From NCBI GenBank assembly GCA_000830315.1, contig CP010426.1, forward strand, positions 442,743-506,742: 64,000 nucleotides of DNA. Direction: 5' to 3'. The notes under the pieces are model-generated. The model did no database searches. It was given only the letters and a program-made list of their open reading frames with translations, and was not told the DNA's origin. The position numbers and the translations under genes are program-made. Below, piece by piece: positions 20,418 through 31,614 of this stretch (positions are counted from its first letter, which is position 1; each line of letters opens with the position of its first letter). Source of the DNA: an archaeon GW2011_AR20 (GTDB lineage: Archaea; Nanobdellota; Nanobdellia; SCGC-AAA011-G17; GW2011-AR20).

Positions 20418-21338
20418 ATGAAAAAAAGAACAGAGAAGAAAACTGTTTTAATAACTGGTGGATCGGGATTGTTGGGGGTTGGTCTGCTTAAAACAGCGCC
20501 CCAGAAATATGAAATTATTCCTGTATGTAATAGCAATCTTGTTTTAAATTATCTTAATTTTAAATGGCATAAATTTAATGTTACTAAACAAAACGAAGTA
20601 TTAGAAGCATTTGATTATTTTAAACCAAATTATGTTATTCATACAGCCTCAATCGGCAATGTTGATTATTGTGAACGTAATAAAGATGAAGCTTATCTAG
20701 TGAATGTCGAAGGAACAAAAAATATTTTGAATTCATGTAAAGAGCATGGGGCTAAAATAATTTTTACTTCATCAAATGCTGTGTTTAGCGGAGAACATGG
20801 TCCTTATTCAGAAGGAAGCGAAACAAACCCAGTAAATTATTACGGCAAGACAAAATTGATTGCCGAGGAATTGGTTAAGAATGCTGGTCTGGATTATGTA
20901 ATTGCTAGATTGATATTAATGTATGGCTGGAATTATCAGAATGAAAGGAAAAATTCAGTTACTTGGTTGATAGAAAAGCTGCAACTGGGCGAAAATGTAA
21001 AGATGGTTAATGATACATACACAAACCCGTTATTTAACATTCAAGCAGCCAGAGCACTTTGGCAGATGATCGATAGAGATAATTTTGGTGTATATCACAT
21101 TGCAGGCAAAGATAGGATTAATCGTTACGAATTTGCCTTAAAAACAGCCGAAGTTTTTGGTTTGGATAAAAAACTTATAGAATCAGTTCCTTCAGATTAC
21201 TTCTTAGGCATTGCCAAAAGAATGCCGGATACAACGTACATTACAACAAAAATGGAAAATGATCTTGGTATCCCCCCAATGTCATTGGACGAAGGTCTTT
21301 TTCTTATGAAGAAAAACACAGATAAATTTACAGTTTAA
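20418..21338 (+). CDS. rmlD: dTDP-4-dehydrorhamnose reductase-like SDR
   Basis: ITGGSGLLG; HTAS...VDYCE; YYGKTK (YxxxK). Confidence 0.8.
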   Translation: MKKRTEKKTVLITGGSGLLGVGLLKTAPQKYEIIPVCNSNLVLNYLNFKWHKFNVTKQNEVLEAFDYFKPNYVIHTASIGNVDYCERNKDEAYLVNVEGTKNILNSCKEHGAKIIFTSSNAVFSGEHGPYSEGSETNPVNYYGKTKLIAEELVKNAGLDYVIARLILMYGWNYQNERKNSVTWLIEKLQLGENVKMVNDTYTNPLFNIQAARALWQMIDRDNFGVYHIAGKDRINRYEFALKTAEVFGLDKKLIESVPSDYFLGIAKRMPDTTYITTKMENDLGIPPMSLDEGLFLMKKNTDKFTV

Positions 21339-21463
21339 TTTTTATTTTAAGATTATTGCTTACATCAGCCAAGAAAGTTAGAAATGTTTGATTTAACGGC
21401 ATAGCATAATAAATTTATGTCTTTATAAAAGGTTATTTAAATCTTACTAGAATATATCAAATT

Positions 21464-23074
21464 ATGGCAATTAGTGAAAGAAAATATGATCTTGTTTTTT
21501 TATTATTTTTATTATTTTTGCTAATATTATTTAAATATCCTTCTTTGAATTTACCTTATTATTGGGATGGTTTAAATTACATTGCTCCGACTATCGATAA
21601 AATTTATCATGGTGAAATTAATTGGGATTTATTAGACTCCAATAGAGGACACCCATTATTCTTGCCATTTTTTATAGCATTTTTGTTTAAAATATTTGGA
21701 TCTTCTCAATTAATAGCAAATTCCGCGATATTATTCTTTTCCCTTTTAGTTTTATATTTCACATATTTAATTGGAAAAGAATTATTTAGCAGGTCTGTAG
21801 GAATTATCGCATCATTATTATTAATGTTTACACCAATATTCTTTTCTTATTCTGCAATGCTTTTTTTAGATGTGCCTTTGACTGCTTTGATGATGATGTC
21901 AATATATTTTTCTATAAAATCAAAACCGATTCAATATGTTATATTTAGCTCTTTGGCTATACTTGCAAAAGAATTAGGCGTACTTGTTGTTTTTGGAGTA
22001 TTATCATCTAAATTAATTAAAAGAGATAAAAATTTAATTATTTATTGTTCCCCTTTGTTAATCTTTTTTTTATCTTTACTTATGAATAAATTGTTATATA
22101 ACCAACTTTTCTACCCATTAAACGCTTCTGTAATACATATAATTCCGGCAAGAAATTTACTTAACCTTTTAATTATATTAAAAACTATGTTTTTCGATCA
22201 GTATCGGTGGTTATTAACCTCGATCTTCTTAATTTCATTTATAGATATTAAAAAAATAAAAGTTATCAAAAATTTAAGGAAACTTATATTTTATTCTGCA
22301 ATTTTCTTAATTGCGCTCATATCCTTATATAATATAGATTTTTTTACAAAATTCTTTTTAAATTATTACCCAAACATAAACATATATTTTGACACTATTA
22401 AATTATTTAGCCCACTGTTCTCATTCTTGTTTATAGTAATTATTTTGATTTATAAGAAAGTTATTAAGTTTATAACCGATCTTAAGTACTCTGAACTTGC
22501 AATCACTTTATTAATGATTATATCGCTTTTAACTTTTATAATCCCTGTTGCTGCACGTTATTTGTTGCCATCGCTCCCGATAATATTCTTACTTTATTCA
22601 TTTTCTATCAATAAATTATTCAAGAACCACAAGTATCTGGTATTAGTTATTGTTATAGTAATATTCTCGTTGAACTATTTTGGTAACAGGTCTACAGAGG
22701 GGTTCACATTAGAAAGCAACATGGAACACATTGATTTAATAAAAACCCATCAATTAGCTTCATCATATATAGAAAATAATTTTCCAGATTCAGTTGTATT
22801 GGCCGCATTCCCGCAATCTTTTGAATTAAAATATCCATATGCAGGATATGTAAAGAAACCATTAAGTGTGGCTACAATTAACCCGCTTCCAAATCTGGCC
22901 GATAGAGATAAAAATTTCTCAATTAACCCAGGTGATATTGATATTTATTATTATTCACCACAGGAACACTCATCAAAACAGATTTTAGATGTTAAAGAAC
23001 AATTAAACCTAACATTAATAAAAAGATTTGAAATAAACAATAAATCAACAGAGATTTACTTGGTTAATAAATAG
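21464..23074 (+). CDS. GT-C fold membrane glycosyltransferase (ArnT/PMT-like)
   Basis: YYWDG motif, GHPL, multi-TM, RYLLP. Confidence 0.7.
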   Translation: MAISERKYDLVFLLFLLFLLILFKYPSLNLPYYWDGLNYIAPTIDKIYHGEINWDLLDSNRGHPLFLPFFIAFLFKIFGSSQLIANSAILFFSLLVLYFTYLIGKELFSRSVGIIASLLLMFTPIFFSYSAMLFLDVPLTALMMMSIYFSIKSKPIQYVIFSSLAILAKELGVLVVFGVLSSKLIKRDKNLIIYCSPLLIFFLSLLMNKLLYNQLFYPLNASVIHIIPARNLLNLLIILKTMFFDQYRWLLTSIFLISFIDIKKIKVIKNLRKLIFYSAIFLIALISLYNIDFFTKFFLNYYPNINIYFDTIKLFSPLFSFLFIVIILIYKKVIKFITDLKYSELAITLLMIISLLTFIIPVAARYLLPSLPIIFLLYSFSINKLFKNHKYLVLVIVIVIFSLNYFGNRSTEGFTLESNMEHIDLIKTHQLASSYIENNFPDSVVLAAFPQSFELKYPYAGYVKKPLSVATINPLPNLADRDKNFSINPGDIDIYYYSPQEHSSKQILDVKEQLNLTLIKRFEINNKSTEIYLVNK

Positions 23075-23104
23075 ATTTAAAAATATTTTTATTATGTTTG
23101 TTTT

Positions 23105-24283
23105 ATGGAAAAATTAGCAATAAATGGAGGGCTTCCTATCAGGGAAAGTAAAATTCCAATATCAAGACCTGATTTCGGTGAAGAGGAAATTAAAGCCGCA
23201 TCTGAAGTAATAAAATCGGGTCTAGTCGAGGGTAATGGTCCAAAAACAGAGGAATTTGAAAATAATTTAGCTCATTATCTTGGTGCAAAACACGCAATCT
23301 TTGTGAATTCCTGTACATCTGCTTTGCACTTGGCACTTGTAACAACTAATTCTAAAAACGGCGAACTTATCTCACCGACATACACCTTTAATTCTTCAGC
23401 CATTGTTGGAACATTTATGAGTTTAAAATTAATTTTAGCTGATTGTGAAAATGATACGGGGAATATTTCAATTGATTCTATTAAAAATAATTTAAATGAT
23501 AAGACCAAGGTAATAGTACCGGTACATTTTGCAGGTCAGCCGTGTGATATGGATGAAATAAATGAAATTGGAAAAAATAGAGGAAATTTAGTGGTGGAGG
23601 ATGCAGCGCATGCTATTGGCTCTTCTTACAAAGGAAAAAAAGCAGGTAATCTGGCAGATATAGGTTGTTTAAGTTTTCATGGAACTAAGAATTTGATATG
23701 TGGAGAAGGCGGTGCTTTAATAACAAATGAGGATAAGATTGCTGAAAAAGCAAGAATCTTCGAGGAAAAAGGGACTACAAAATATTTTTTTAAGAAAGAA
23801 GGATATAAATTAGGGAGAACACAAAGTGTCGTTTCTGATGGATTGAGTTATGTTCAATCAGATATTTTAGCCGCAATTGCATTAGAACAATTGAAAAAAA
23901 TTGATATTATGAATGCAAAGCGTGATCGAATCGCTCAATTTTATAATAATGAGCTTAAAGAATTATTAAATATTAAGATACCTTATCTGAAAAAAGACAG
24001 GACAACAAATTGGCATCTTTATATGATTAGAGTTCCTGCTAGAGACAGGGATTTTATTATTAAAGCATTAAATGCAGAGGGGATTTCTTCAAATATTCAT
24101 TATCTGCCGTTGCATTTGCACGAATATTATAAACAATTAGGTTATAAAGAAGGACAATTTCCAAACGCAGAAAATTATTTCAATTGTGCCGTAAGACTTC
24201 CGATGTATTCTAGCTTAAGATTAGAGGATGCAAAAGATGTTGCAGAAGCATTTAAAAAAGTTATAAATTCTTTGGGATATTAA
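23105..24283 (+). CDS. DegT/DnrJ/EryC1/StrS PLP sugar aminotransferase
   Basis: NSCTSAL, VPVHFAG, EDAAHA, SFHGTKN (PLP lysine), GEGG. Confidence 0.9.
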   Translation: MEKLAINGGLPIRESKIPISRPDFGEEEIKAASEVIKSGLVEGNGPKTEEFENNLAHYLGAKHAIFVNSCTSALHLALVTTNSKNGELISPTYTFNSSAIVGTFMSLKLILADCENDTGNISIDSIKNNLNDKTKVIVPVHFAGQPCDMDEINEIGKNRGNLVVEDAAHAIGSSYKGKKAGNLADIGCLSFHGTKNLICGEGGALITNEDKIAEKARIFEEKGTTKYFFKKEGYKLGRTQSVVSDGLSYVQSDILAAIALEQLKKIDIMNAKRDRIAQFYNNELKELLNIKIPYLKKDRTTNWHLYMIRVPARDRDFIIKALNAEGISSNIHYLPLHLHEYYKQLGYKEGQFPNAENYFNCAVRLPMYSSLRLEDAKDVAEAFKKVINSLGY

Positions 24284-24284
24284 A

Positions 24285-25010
24285 ATGGAGCTTAGCGTAG
24301 TATTAACCTGTTTAAATCAGGAAAAAGTTTTACAGTGGAGTGTAGAAACCATACGGGACATTTTAAATAAAAATAAAGTAGAATATGAAATAATCATCGT
24401 TGATGACGGAAGTACAGACTCAACTTATATTGTAATGAATGAATTAAAAAAGAAATATAAAAATATTAGATTATTAAAACACAATTATAACCTTGGGAGG
24501 GGAAAAGCCGTAAGCAATGGTTTTAAAATTGCTGGAGGAAAATTTGTAGGATTTCTCGATACCGATTTAGAATTACACCCCAGATATATTCCGATGTTTT
24601 TGAAAGAACTAAAAAAAGGATATGATGTTGTGGTTTATCATAGGAAATATAAGCATAACATGCAGGGTCTAATTCGTGCTATTACCAGTTATTCTTATAA
24701 TTTTCTTGTAAGATTGATTTTGAACGTAAATTTGAAAGATACAGAGTCGGGTTTTAAATTTTTTGATAGGGAAAAGGTATTGCCTTTATTAGATTCGATA
24801 AGAGAGGAAAGATGGTTTTGGGATACTGAAATAATGATTAGATCTTATCTTAAAGGATTAAAAATAAAGGAAATACCATTGATATACATTCCAAATAAAG
24901 AAGGAGGTTCTACTGTAAGGATATTTAGCGATAGTCTAGACTTCTTTAAAAAATTGATTAAATTTAGAAAAATCGTTGTTAAATTAAGAAATAACTCTAA
25001 CCAATCTTAG
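24285..25010 (+). CDS. Glycosyltransferase family 2
   Basis: VDDGSTD, GRGKAV, LDTDLE, DTESGFK, WFWDTE. Confidence 0.9.
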   Translation: MELSVVLTCLNQEKVLQWSVETIRDILNKNKVEYEIIIVDDGSTDSTYIVMNELKKKYKNIRLLKHNYNLGRGKAVSNGFKIAGGKFVGFLDTDLELHPRYIPMFLKELKKGYDVVVYHRKYKHNMQGLIRAITSYSYNFLVRLILNVNLKDTESGFKFFDREKVLPLLDSIREERWFWDTEIMIRSYLKGLKIKEIPLIYIPNKEGGSTVRIFSDSLDFFKKLIKFRKIVVKLRNNSNQS

Positions 25011-25965
25011 TCCATTCTTCTGATTTAAAATTCTTATACCAGTCAATAAACTCGCTTAATCCTTGATCTATTGTATATTCCGGGCTGAAATTATAAATTT
25101 CTTTAGCTTTACTATAATCACAATGTAGCCTGTTTACTTCGCCTGGCCTCGGGGAGACAAATACGGGCTTCAAATCTTTCCCCACAATCTTTATTATTTT
25201 ATTGGCTAAATCTAATATGGACACTTCAACACCTGTTCCAAAATTTACAATTCTATCATGATCTTTATTATCGCTTTTCATTACTAGATCATATGCTCTA
25301 ACGATATCCTTAATGTATGTATAATCTCTGGTTTGACTGCCATCACCGTAAATAATTGGCGGTTGATTGTTTAGAACTCTTTTTGTAAATATTGAAATTG
25401 CCCCGCCATAGCCAGAATCTTTTTGTCTTGGCCCAAAGAAATTAAAGCATCTTATAATATCTACCCCGAGATTATATGTTTTGTTATAAGCCAATGCCAT
25501 TCTATCAGCCGCTATCTTGCTAGCACCATAAGGATGCGGGGCTTCTAATGGGTGATTTTCATCCATCGGGTTATATTTAGCAGGACCATAAATTTCGCTG
25601 GTTGATGCTATGATTATTTTTTTTGGATCATGGGTTCTTGCCGATTCCAGCACATTTAAAGTACCGGTAACATTTGTGTCATATGTGTCTTTGGGGTTTA
25701 TAATTGATTTATCAACATGAATTTGGGCTGCTAGATGGAAGACAACATCAACATTAGGCATTAATTTATCGAGCAGGTCTTTATCTCTTATATCCCCGTT
25801 AACAAGTCTAAAATTTCTTTTTCCCAATAAACTTCTTATATTAAATAAATCCGCATTACTAAAATTATCTAAACAAATAACTTTATTTTCTTCTGACTCA
25901 TTAACATATTTTTCACAAATATGGCTTCCTAAGAAACCAGCACCTCCCGTCACTAAAATTTTCAT
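24997..25965 (-). CDS. NAD-dependent NDP-sugar dehydratase/epimerase (RmlB-like)
   Basis: TGGAGFLG; HLAAQIHVDKS; STSEIYG; YGASK. Confidence 0.85.
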   Translation of the reverse strand: MKILVTGGAGFLGSHICEKYVNESEENKVICLDNFSNADLFNIRSLLGKRNFRLVNGDIRDKDLLDKLMPNVDVVFHLAAQIHVDKSIINPKDTYDTNVTGTLNVLESARTHDPKKIIIASTSEIYGPAKYNPMDENHPLEAPHPYGASKIAADRMALAYNKTYNLGVDIIRCFNFFGPRQKDSGYGGAISIFTKRVLNNQPPIIYGDGSQTRDYTYIKDIVRAYDLVMKSDNKDHDRIVNFGTGVEVSILDLANKIIKIVGKDLKPVFVSPRPGEVNRLHCDYSKAKEIYNFSPEYTIDQGLSEFIDWYKNFKSEEWTKIG

Positions 25966-26000
25966 AAAGTAAGGCTATTGGGAAAGATATTTAAAGCTTA

Positions 26001-27473
26001 TTAATTATAGTAAAATTTATATAAACATACATTATTTATCTTATTTATCTTCTTTATATGCTTACATGTTTCCAGAAAATTACAATCTTTATTGTAAGAA
26101 ATGAGGTAATCGTCTTTTAGTTTTTTAGCATTTTCATATAATAAGTTACAGTCTTTATCATAAACGCTATTTGTAAAATTTGTTATTAAACTACGATAAT
26201 CCTGATCTTGTATTTTTTCCCAGCCAGAAGGCGTTGAAATGTTAAAATAAATTGGCGCATAAGAATAATAAGCCTTTCCATAAGATGTGCTTGAATAACT
26301 ACTTGTCATTAAAAAATTTGTTTTAATATCCTTCATAATTTCTAAAGTATCTTTTTCTAATTGCGTATGTTCAACAAAAAAGGGCGTATAAACCATATTA
26401 ATTAATACACTAAATATTGATAATAAAATAATTATTACCAACACATTATCATTTAATTTAAAATTCTTAAAAAATAAAAATAATGTAAAGAATAATATAA
26501 AACTCATATAAACATCTGGATAAATGTAGTTCAATATTGGTATAAATGCCGTTAACCTAAATAAGAATAATAATGAAATGAACAAAACAGGAGAATAGAA
26601 TATAATTTCTCTTTTATCATATTTAGATCTTTTAATATATAAATAAAATATAAACAAGAAAACTAAAGGAATGATAAAGGTAAATATGGTCTCAAGTAAG
26701 TATTCTTTATCAAAACTTAATATATTAATCCCAATGGGTTTATCTACACCAACCGTATTAAAAAATGTAGATATATAAGGAATTAACCAAAATGAAGCTA
26801 AAATCAATGATAATGCCGCTAATAAGATTATATATAATTTTTCTTTATTCCCTTTAACTAAAAATAATGCCGTCCACATTAAGGAACCCAATATAGCAAA
26901 TGTCTGATGGGATATTAGCAATAAAGAATAAATCGGAACAATTAAAGTAAAATTGAAATCCATTTTTTTATCTTTGTAGTATAATATTATGAATGTTATT
27001 AATATGAATAAGAAAAAAGCAAAAAATTCAGGGATTCTGCCAAGCCTGATATAATTCCCTATAGATGCCGCGTTGGCAAATAATAATAAATAAAATAAAA
27101 TTCTTTTCTCTTTATCGATTTTAAAAACATAACCAAATTTGTAAATAACTATAAATGATAGTATAAATATAATAATCATAGATATAAAAGAGGCGACCAT
27201 ATAATTCTTAGAGATTAAGTAAATAGGGTAGGTAAAGAAATACCACCCCGGCTGTGTTATTATAAAACTCGTAAAACCATTATACCAATAAGTACAAAAG
27301 TTATGAAAACCACATTTATCTAAAAAATTTAATAAAGCTATGTAAGCAGACCAGTCATTAACAGTATCCAGCGGAAACATATTTAATATCTTAGACTGAT
27401 TTATTAATCTAGAGATTAAATTCCCGAATAGTAAAAACACAGGAATATAAAAAAGTTTATTAGAAATTTTCAT
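26001..27473 (-). CDS. Multi-TM membrane protein, probable GT-C fold
   Basis: NDWSAY acidic motif, WYNG, many TMs, C-terminal soluble domain; lies directly after aglB. Confidence 0.6.
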   Translation of the reverse strand: MKISNKLFYIPVFLLFGNLISRLINQSKILNMFPLDTVNDWSAYIALLNFLDKCGFHNFCTYWYNGFTSFIITQPGWYFFTYPIYLISKNYMVASFISMIIIFILSFIVIYKFGYVFKIDKEKRILFYLLLFANAASIGNYIRLGRIPEFFAFFLFILITFIILYYKDKKMDFNFTLIVPIYSLLLISHQTFAILGSLMWTALFLVKGNKEKLYIILLAALSLILASFWLIPYISTFFNTVGVDKPIGINILSFDKEYLLETIFTFIIPLVFLFIFYLYIKRSKYDKREIIFYSPVLFISLLFLFRLTAFIPILNYIYPDVYMSFILFFTLFLFFKNFKLNDNVLVIIILLSIFSVLINMVYTPFFVEHTQLEKDTLEIMKDIKTNFLMTSSYSSTSYGKAYYSYAPIYFNISTPSGWEKIQDQDYRSLITNFTNSVYDKDCNLLYENAKKLKDDYLISYNKDCNFLETCKHIKKINKINNVCLYKFYYN

Positions 27474-27474
27474 T

Positions 27475-30246
27475 TCAAAACCCTTCTTTCACTTTTGTTA
27501 CCCTTTCATCTGGTAGTTCTCTTTTGTAGAAGTATCCTGGAACCTTTAAATCTTCAGGATAACTAACCTCCCAAATTTTATAAGGTCCAATTAACCTTCC
27601 ATTATAGATGGATAGGGGTACTTGAGGTTCATCTGTGTAAACCAACTTAAAATTATCTGTTTTTTTATCAAATAAATATAATTGTGCAAACAAGCTTTCT
27701 TTTACCCTTGGCGATAAGTATAATCCAGCACCAATATTATTAACTTGGTTATTATTTATTGTTGGAATGATTCTAAGACATCCATTTAAACTGCCTACAA
27801 ATTCGTATTTTTCATTATTCATATAAAGACAGGTTAAAGGCAACTCTATTTGTTCTCCATTATAAACAAGAATTGCTTTAGGCTGGTTTATTCCAACAAT
27901 CTGCTCGTTATTTAGAATTAATGGAACCAATATTGCTCCAATACCCGCGGCTTGTCTTGGATATACCTTATTATTATAAATTAGATCTTCATCTAAAGGA
28001 AATCCTCCTGAATAAACAAGTATGGTTTCATTTCTCGTTTCTCTGGTTTGTTTTTGGTCTAATCCAAATGTTGTAATCCATGAATAACGGTCATAATTTA
28101 CATCTGAGCCAATTGAAGAATAAGCAGGATATTTTCCAATTTCATCAGACACAGCCAAGAAATGGGTCACATTCCTTGATTTCAGATATTCTAATGCTTC
28201 TTTTTCATTTTGCCCTGTTAATACATGCCTGCCTGTAAAATAATTAACATCATAACCCCCCGCATTCCCACCATCACTTATCGTTGCTCTATTATTATAT
28301 TGGACTAAATAGCCATAATCCCACCAATGTGAAAATATAGAATTTTCAGGGGTATCCTCTCTAATCCATTTTCCAGCATGCTGCCATTGCTGATTATAAG
28401 TTGGACCGACTCCAGAAGCCTGCCCTAAACTTGAACTAACAAAACCAGATAAGATTAATAATGTTAATATTCCAACGACAACATAACCAGAATATCTATA
28501 AAAATTTATTTTAAAAATATTTTTAATATAATCAACCACTTTGAAAACCAGGTAAGATGCCAATACTGCGGTTATAGGTGAAAAGATGAATAATAATCTA
28601 ACCGCACTTCTTCCTGCTATAATCATTATGATAAACCAGACAAACACAAATGTATATAATTTATCAAACTTTAATATTTCATCGAATAATTCCCTGTCTT
28701 TATAAAATGAATATAAGTATGATATTATAATAAATAGTATAAATGTTAATAATGAACCAATGTAAAGTATAATTGATAATTGACTAATTCCGTTCAAATT
28801 TGAATTTGAAGAATATCTGCTAAAGGTGATTCCAAATAAGAAAAATACATAAATCAAAACAAACCACCAGATATATTTATTCTTTAAGCTTTTAATCATG
28901 TCATGAAACAGCAATACAGAGCCAATTAAAAACATCCAAAAATAAGTTTTACCAAAATCAGAAATCCAGTCAGTTAGATAAGGCTGACTATTTTCCGCAA
29001 CTGTTTTAACCCATCTACTACCTGCAAATGCTTTTAATAATGTGTTGAATATAATTGATATTCTATCATAAATAAATGATAAATCATAAATTATTATTAT
29101 GGCAATAAAAATTATTAATAAAGAAATAATTAAACTAAATATTTTCTCAGGAAATTTATTTTCTAACTTACCTTTTATTTTTAACAAATTTAAATCAAAT
29201 ATTAAATAATCTATTACCCATATAAATAATACTAGCATGGCTATGGAGGTGCTAGTTGATAAGATAAAAGTATCAAGCCCAAACCTGTCTGGGAATAATA
29301 ACCTTAAAAATAAGATTGAGGAAAATAGCCAGGATAAATACGAATAAAATTCAATCTTTTTTATTTTATTTAGTAACAGCTCAATTAAAGTAAATATGCC
29401 TATGATAATAAATATAAAACCACCCCCGCCCCATATTAATGTTGTTAATCCTGTTGATAGTCCGGCTAAACTTCCAGAAATAATCCTGTTTTTTATTTTT
29501 TCGCTCTGCCAAGCCGAAACATAAAAATAAAATGCAGCATAGAAAAATACAGTTGCCAGGGCTTCTTTATCACTTATACCGGTCAATGTTCTGAATAAAT
29601 AACTAGGAATAACTGCTAAGAATGCGGTAGAGAGCAAGGAGATATTATCATTAAACAATTTTTTAACAAGTAAAAAGAAGAATATCATGCTTATTGCAAA
29701 TGCTATTGGCGGATAGATTACATCAACTAATTCTAAGGTAAAACTTGAACTAAAAATATTTAAAAATTTGTATAAATAAACTATAAAATTTGCTAAGAAA
29801 CTAAATTCTTCCGTTCCGCTAAAACCATACGGATAATATCTTAAAGGATCAATGCCCATTATGCTGCCATGCTCTAAAATGTATTTAGCATATCTCATAA
29901 AAGCCATAGCATCCGGGTCTGCGGGGATGTACATGTTTGTTGTAATATCTATTAAGAAAGGCAAGTTCTGCAACCTTAATATAAAACTAAAACTTATTAT
30001 GCTGATTAAAATTGCTAATGTCTTTTGCCTGAATAAAAACAATATAACTCCAAGGATTGGGGTTATGATAAAAACAAAATTTTTTCCTATTCTGAAAGAA
30101 TCCCCAAATTTTAAGTAAGCCAATAAAACAAGCAATAAATAAATCCCAATGTAAATTAAAGTTTTATTGTCAAGCTTTAATCTATCATTCAAGAATTTCT
30201 TAACATTCTCTTTTCTTTGCTCTACAACATCATCCCCCATAAACAT
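27475..30246 (-). CDS. aglB: Oligosaccharyltransferase AglB (STT3 family)
   Basis: WWDYG motif, DK-type DEIGK, DPD in the first loop, SDKE. Confidence 0.95.
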   Translation of the reverse strand: MFMGDDVVEQRKENVKKFLNDRLKLDNKTLIYIGIYLLLVLLAYLKFGDSFRIGKNFVFIITPILGVILFLFRQKTLAILISIISFSFILRLQNLPFLIDITTNMYIPADPDAMAFMRYAKYILEHGSIMGIDPLRYYPYGFSGTEEFSFLANFIVYLYKFLNIFSSSFTLELVDVIYPPIAFAISMIFFFLLVKKLFNDNISLLSTAFLAVIPSYLFRTLTGISDKEALATVFFYAAFYFYVSAWQSEKIKNRIISGSLAGLSTGLTTLIWGGGGFIFIIIGIFTLIELLLNKIKKIEFYSYLSWLFSSILFLRLLFPDRFGLDTFILSTSTSIAMLVLFIWVIDYLIFDLNLLKIKGKLENKFPEKIFSLIISLLIIFIAIIIIYDLSFIYDRISIIFNTLLKAFAGSRWVKTVAENSQPYLTDWISDFGKTYFWMFLIGSVLLFHDMIKSLKNKYIWWFVLIYVFFLFGITFSRYSSNSNLNGISQLSIILYIGSLLTFILFIIISYLYSFYKDRELFDEILKFDKLYTFVFVWFIIMIIAGRSAVRLLFIFSPITAVLASYLVFKVVDYIKNIFKINFYRYSGYVVVGILTLLILSGFVSSSLGQASGVGPTYNQQWQHAGKWIREDTPENSIFSHWWDYGYLVQYNNRATISDGGNAGGYDVNYFTGRHVLTGQNEKEALEYLKSRNVTHFLAVSDEIGKYPAYSSIGSDVNYDRYSWITTFGLDQKQTRETRNETILVYSGGFPLDEDLIYNNKVYPRQAAGIGAILVPLILNNEQIVGINQPKAILVYNGEQIELPLTCLYMNNEKYEFVGSLNGCLRIIPTINNNQVNNIGAGLYLSPRVKESLFAQLYLFDKKTDNFKLVYTDEPQVPLSIYNGRLIGPYKIWEVSYPEDLKVPGYFYKRELPDERVTKVKEGF

Positions 30247-30274
30247 TAAAACTTTGAGTCATTTATATATATTA

Positions 30275-31162
30275 CTATTTAGAATAATAAATCTTTGGCT
30301 GGTTTAATATTTTTAATAAATATTCTCCATAGCCGGATTTAAGCAAAGGTTTGGCTAACTCTCTTAATTGTTTTTTATTAATGTAGCTTAAATTAAAGGC
30401 TATTTCTTCTATGCATCCAATTTTCAAACCCTGTCTTTTTTCGATTATTCTTACATATTCTGTTGCTTCAGACATTGATTCATGGGTTCCTGTATCGAGC
30501 CATGCAAATCCTCTTCCAAGTAATTTAACTTCTAATTCCCCGAGTTTTCTATATTCTTCATTAACATCTGTAATCTCTAATTCATTCCTTTTAGAAGGCT
30601 TTAAGTTCTTTGCAATGTTAATAACCCTGTTATCATAAAAGTACAACCCAATGACGGCATAATTTGATTTTGAATTTTTTGGTTTCTCTTTTATTGAAAT
30701 TACCTTATTATTTTCATCAAATTCAACCACGCCATATCTTTTGGGATCGTTGACATAATAGCCAAAGATGGTTGCGCCATCCTCTTTTTTTGCAGTTTCC
30801 TCTAAAACTTCTGTGAGACCGTGCCCATAAAATATATTATCCCCTAAAACCAGACAGCAACTATCTTTCCCAATAAATTTTTCTCCAATGATAAATGCAT
30901 CTGCTAATCCTTTTGGTTTTTCCTGAACTTCATAAGAAAAATTTAATCCAAGCCTCTTTCCATCCATAAATAAATTCATAAATCTATCCCGATCCCTTTT
31001 TGCTGAAATAATTAGGATGTCTCTTATCCCAGCAAGCATTAATGTTGATAAAGGATAATAAATTAAAGGTTTATCTCCTACTGGAAGCAATTGTTTACAT
31101 GTTGATATTGTGGCCGGGTATAATCTTGTTCCAGAACCTCCTGCTAAAATTATGCCCTTCAC
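30275..31162 (-). CDS. rmlA: Glucose-1-phosphate thymidylyltransferase
   Basis: [43 protein letters not shown]. Confidence 0.95.
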   Translation of the reverse strand: MKGIILAGGSGTRLYPATISTCKQLLPVGDKPLIYYPLSTLMLAGIRDILIISAKRDRDRFMNLFMDGKRLGLNFSYEVQEKPKGLADAFIIGEKFIGKDSCCLVLGDNIFYGHGLTEVLEETAKKEDGATIFGYYVNDPKRYGVVEFDENNKVISIKEKPKNSKSNYAVIGLYFYDNRVINIAKNLKPSKRNELEITDVNEEYRKLGELEVKLLGRGFAWLDTGTHESMSEATEYVRIIEKRQGLKIGCIEEIAFNLSYINKKQLRELAKPLLKSGYGEYLLKILNQPKIYYSK

Positions 31163-31584
31163 TTTATTAATTCCTCAAGTTTTTCCTTTGTATATCCAAT
31201 TTGTTCCCCATTTTTTAGATGCGAAGGTTCATATGGGGGATCTGGAAAATTTATGAGCTGAACTTCTTCATTACAAATATTTTCTAATCCGGTTGCTATA
31301 TTCGTTGGAATGTGGAGCCTTTCTAGATTGGCTGAATCTAGAATCATCTCCCTCTTTTCCTTATTATTTAAATCATATAAAGTAACTTTTATCTTTCCTT
31401 TAATACAGATATAATTAGCATTTCGAATTTTATGTAAGTGATAGCCTTTAAAACAGCCGGGATAAATTGATATTAGATAAGATAATGTTTTTTCCCCATC
31501 TTTCAACAATTCAATTAAATAACCATTTTCTCTTTTATGTTTGTCATATGTTTTTATTTTTTTTGCTTCTTCTAAATTAATCAT
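31159..31584 (-). CDS. Cupin, dTDP-sugar epimerase/isomerase-like (RmlC/WxcM)
   Basis: KGYHLH; [10 protein letters not shown]; translationally coupled to rmlA. Confidence 0.7.
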   Translation of the reverse strand: MINLEEAKKIKTYDKHKRENGYLIELLKDGEKTLSYLISIYPGCFKGYHLHKIRNANYICIKGKIKVTLYDLNNKEKREMILDSANLERLHIPTNIATGLENICNEEVQLINFPDPPYEPSHLKNGEQIGYTKEKLEELIK

Positions 31585-31614
31585 ATTTTAGAAATTATAA
31601 AAAAACTTAAATAC

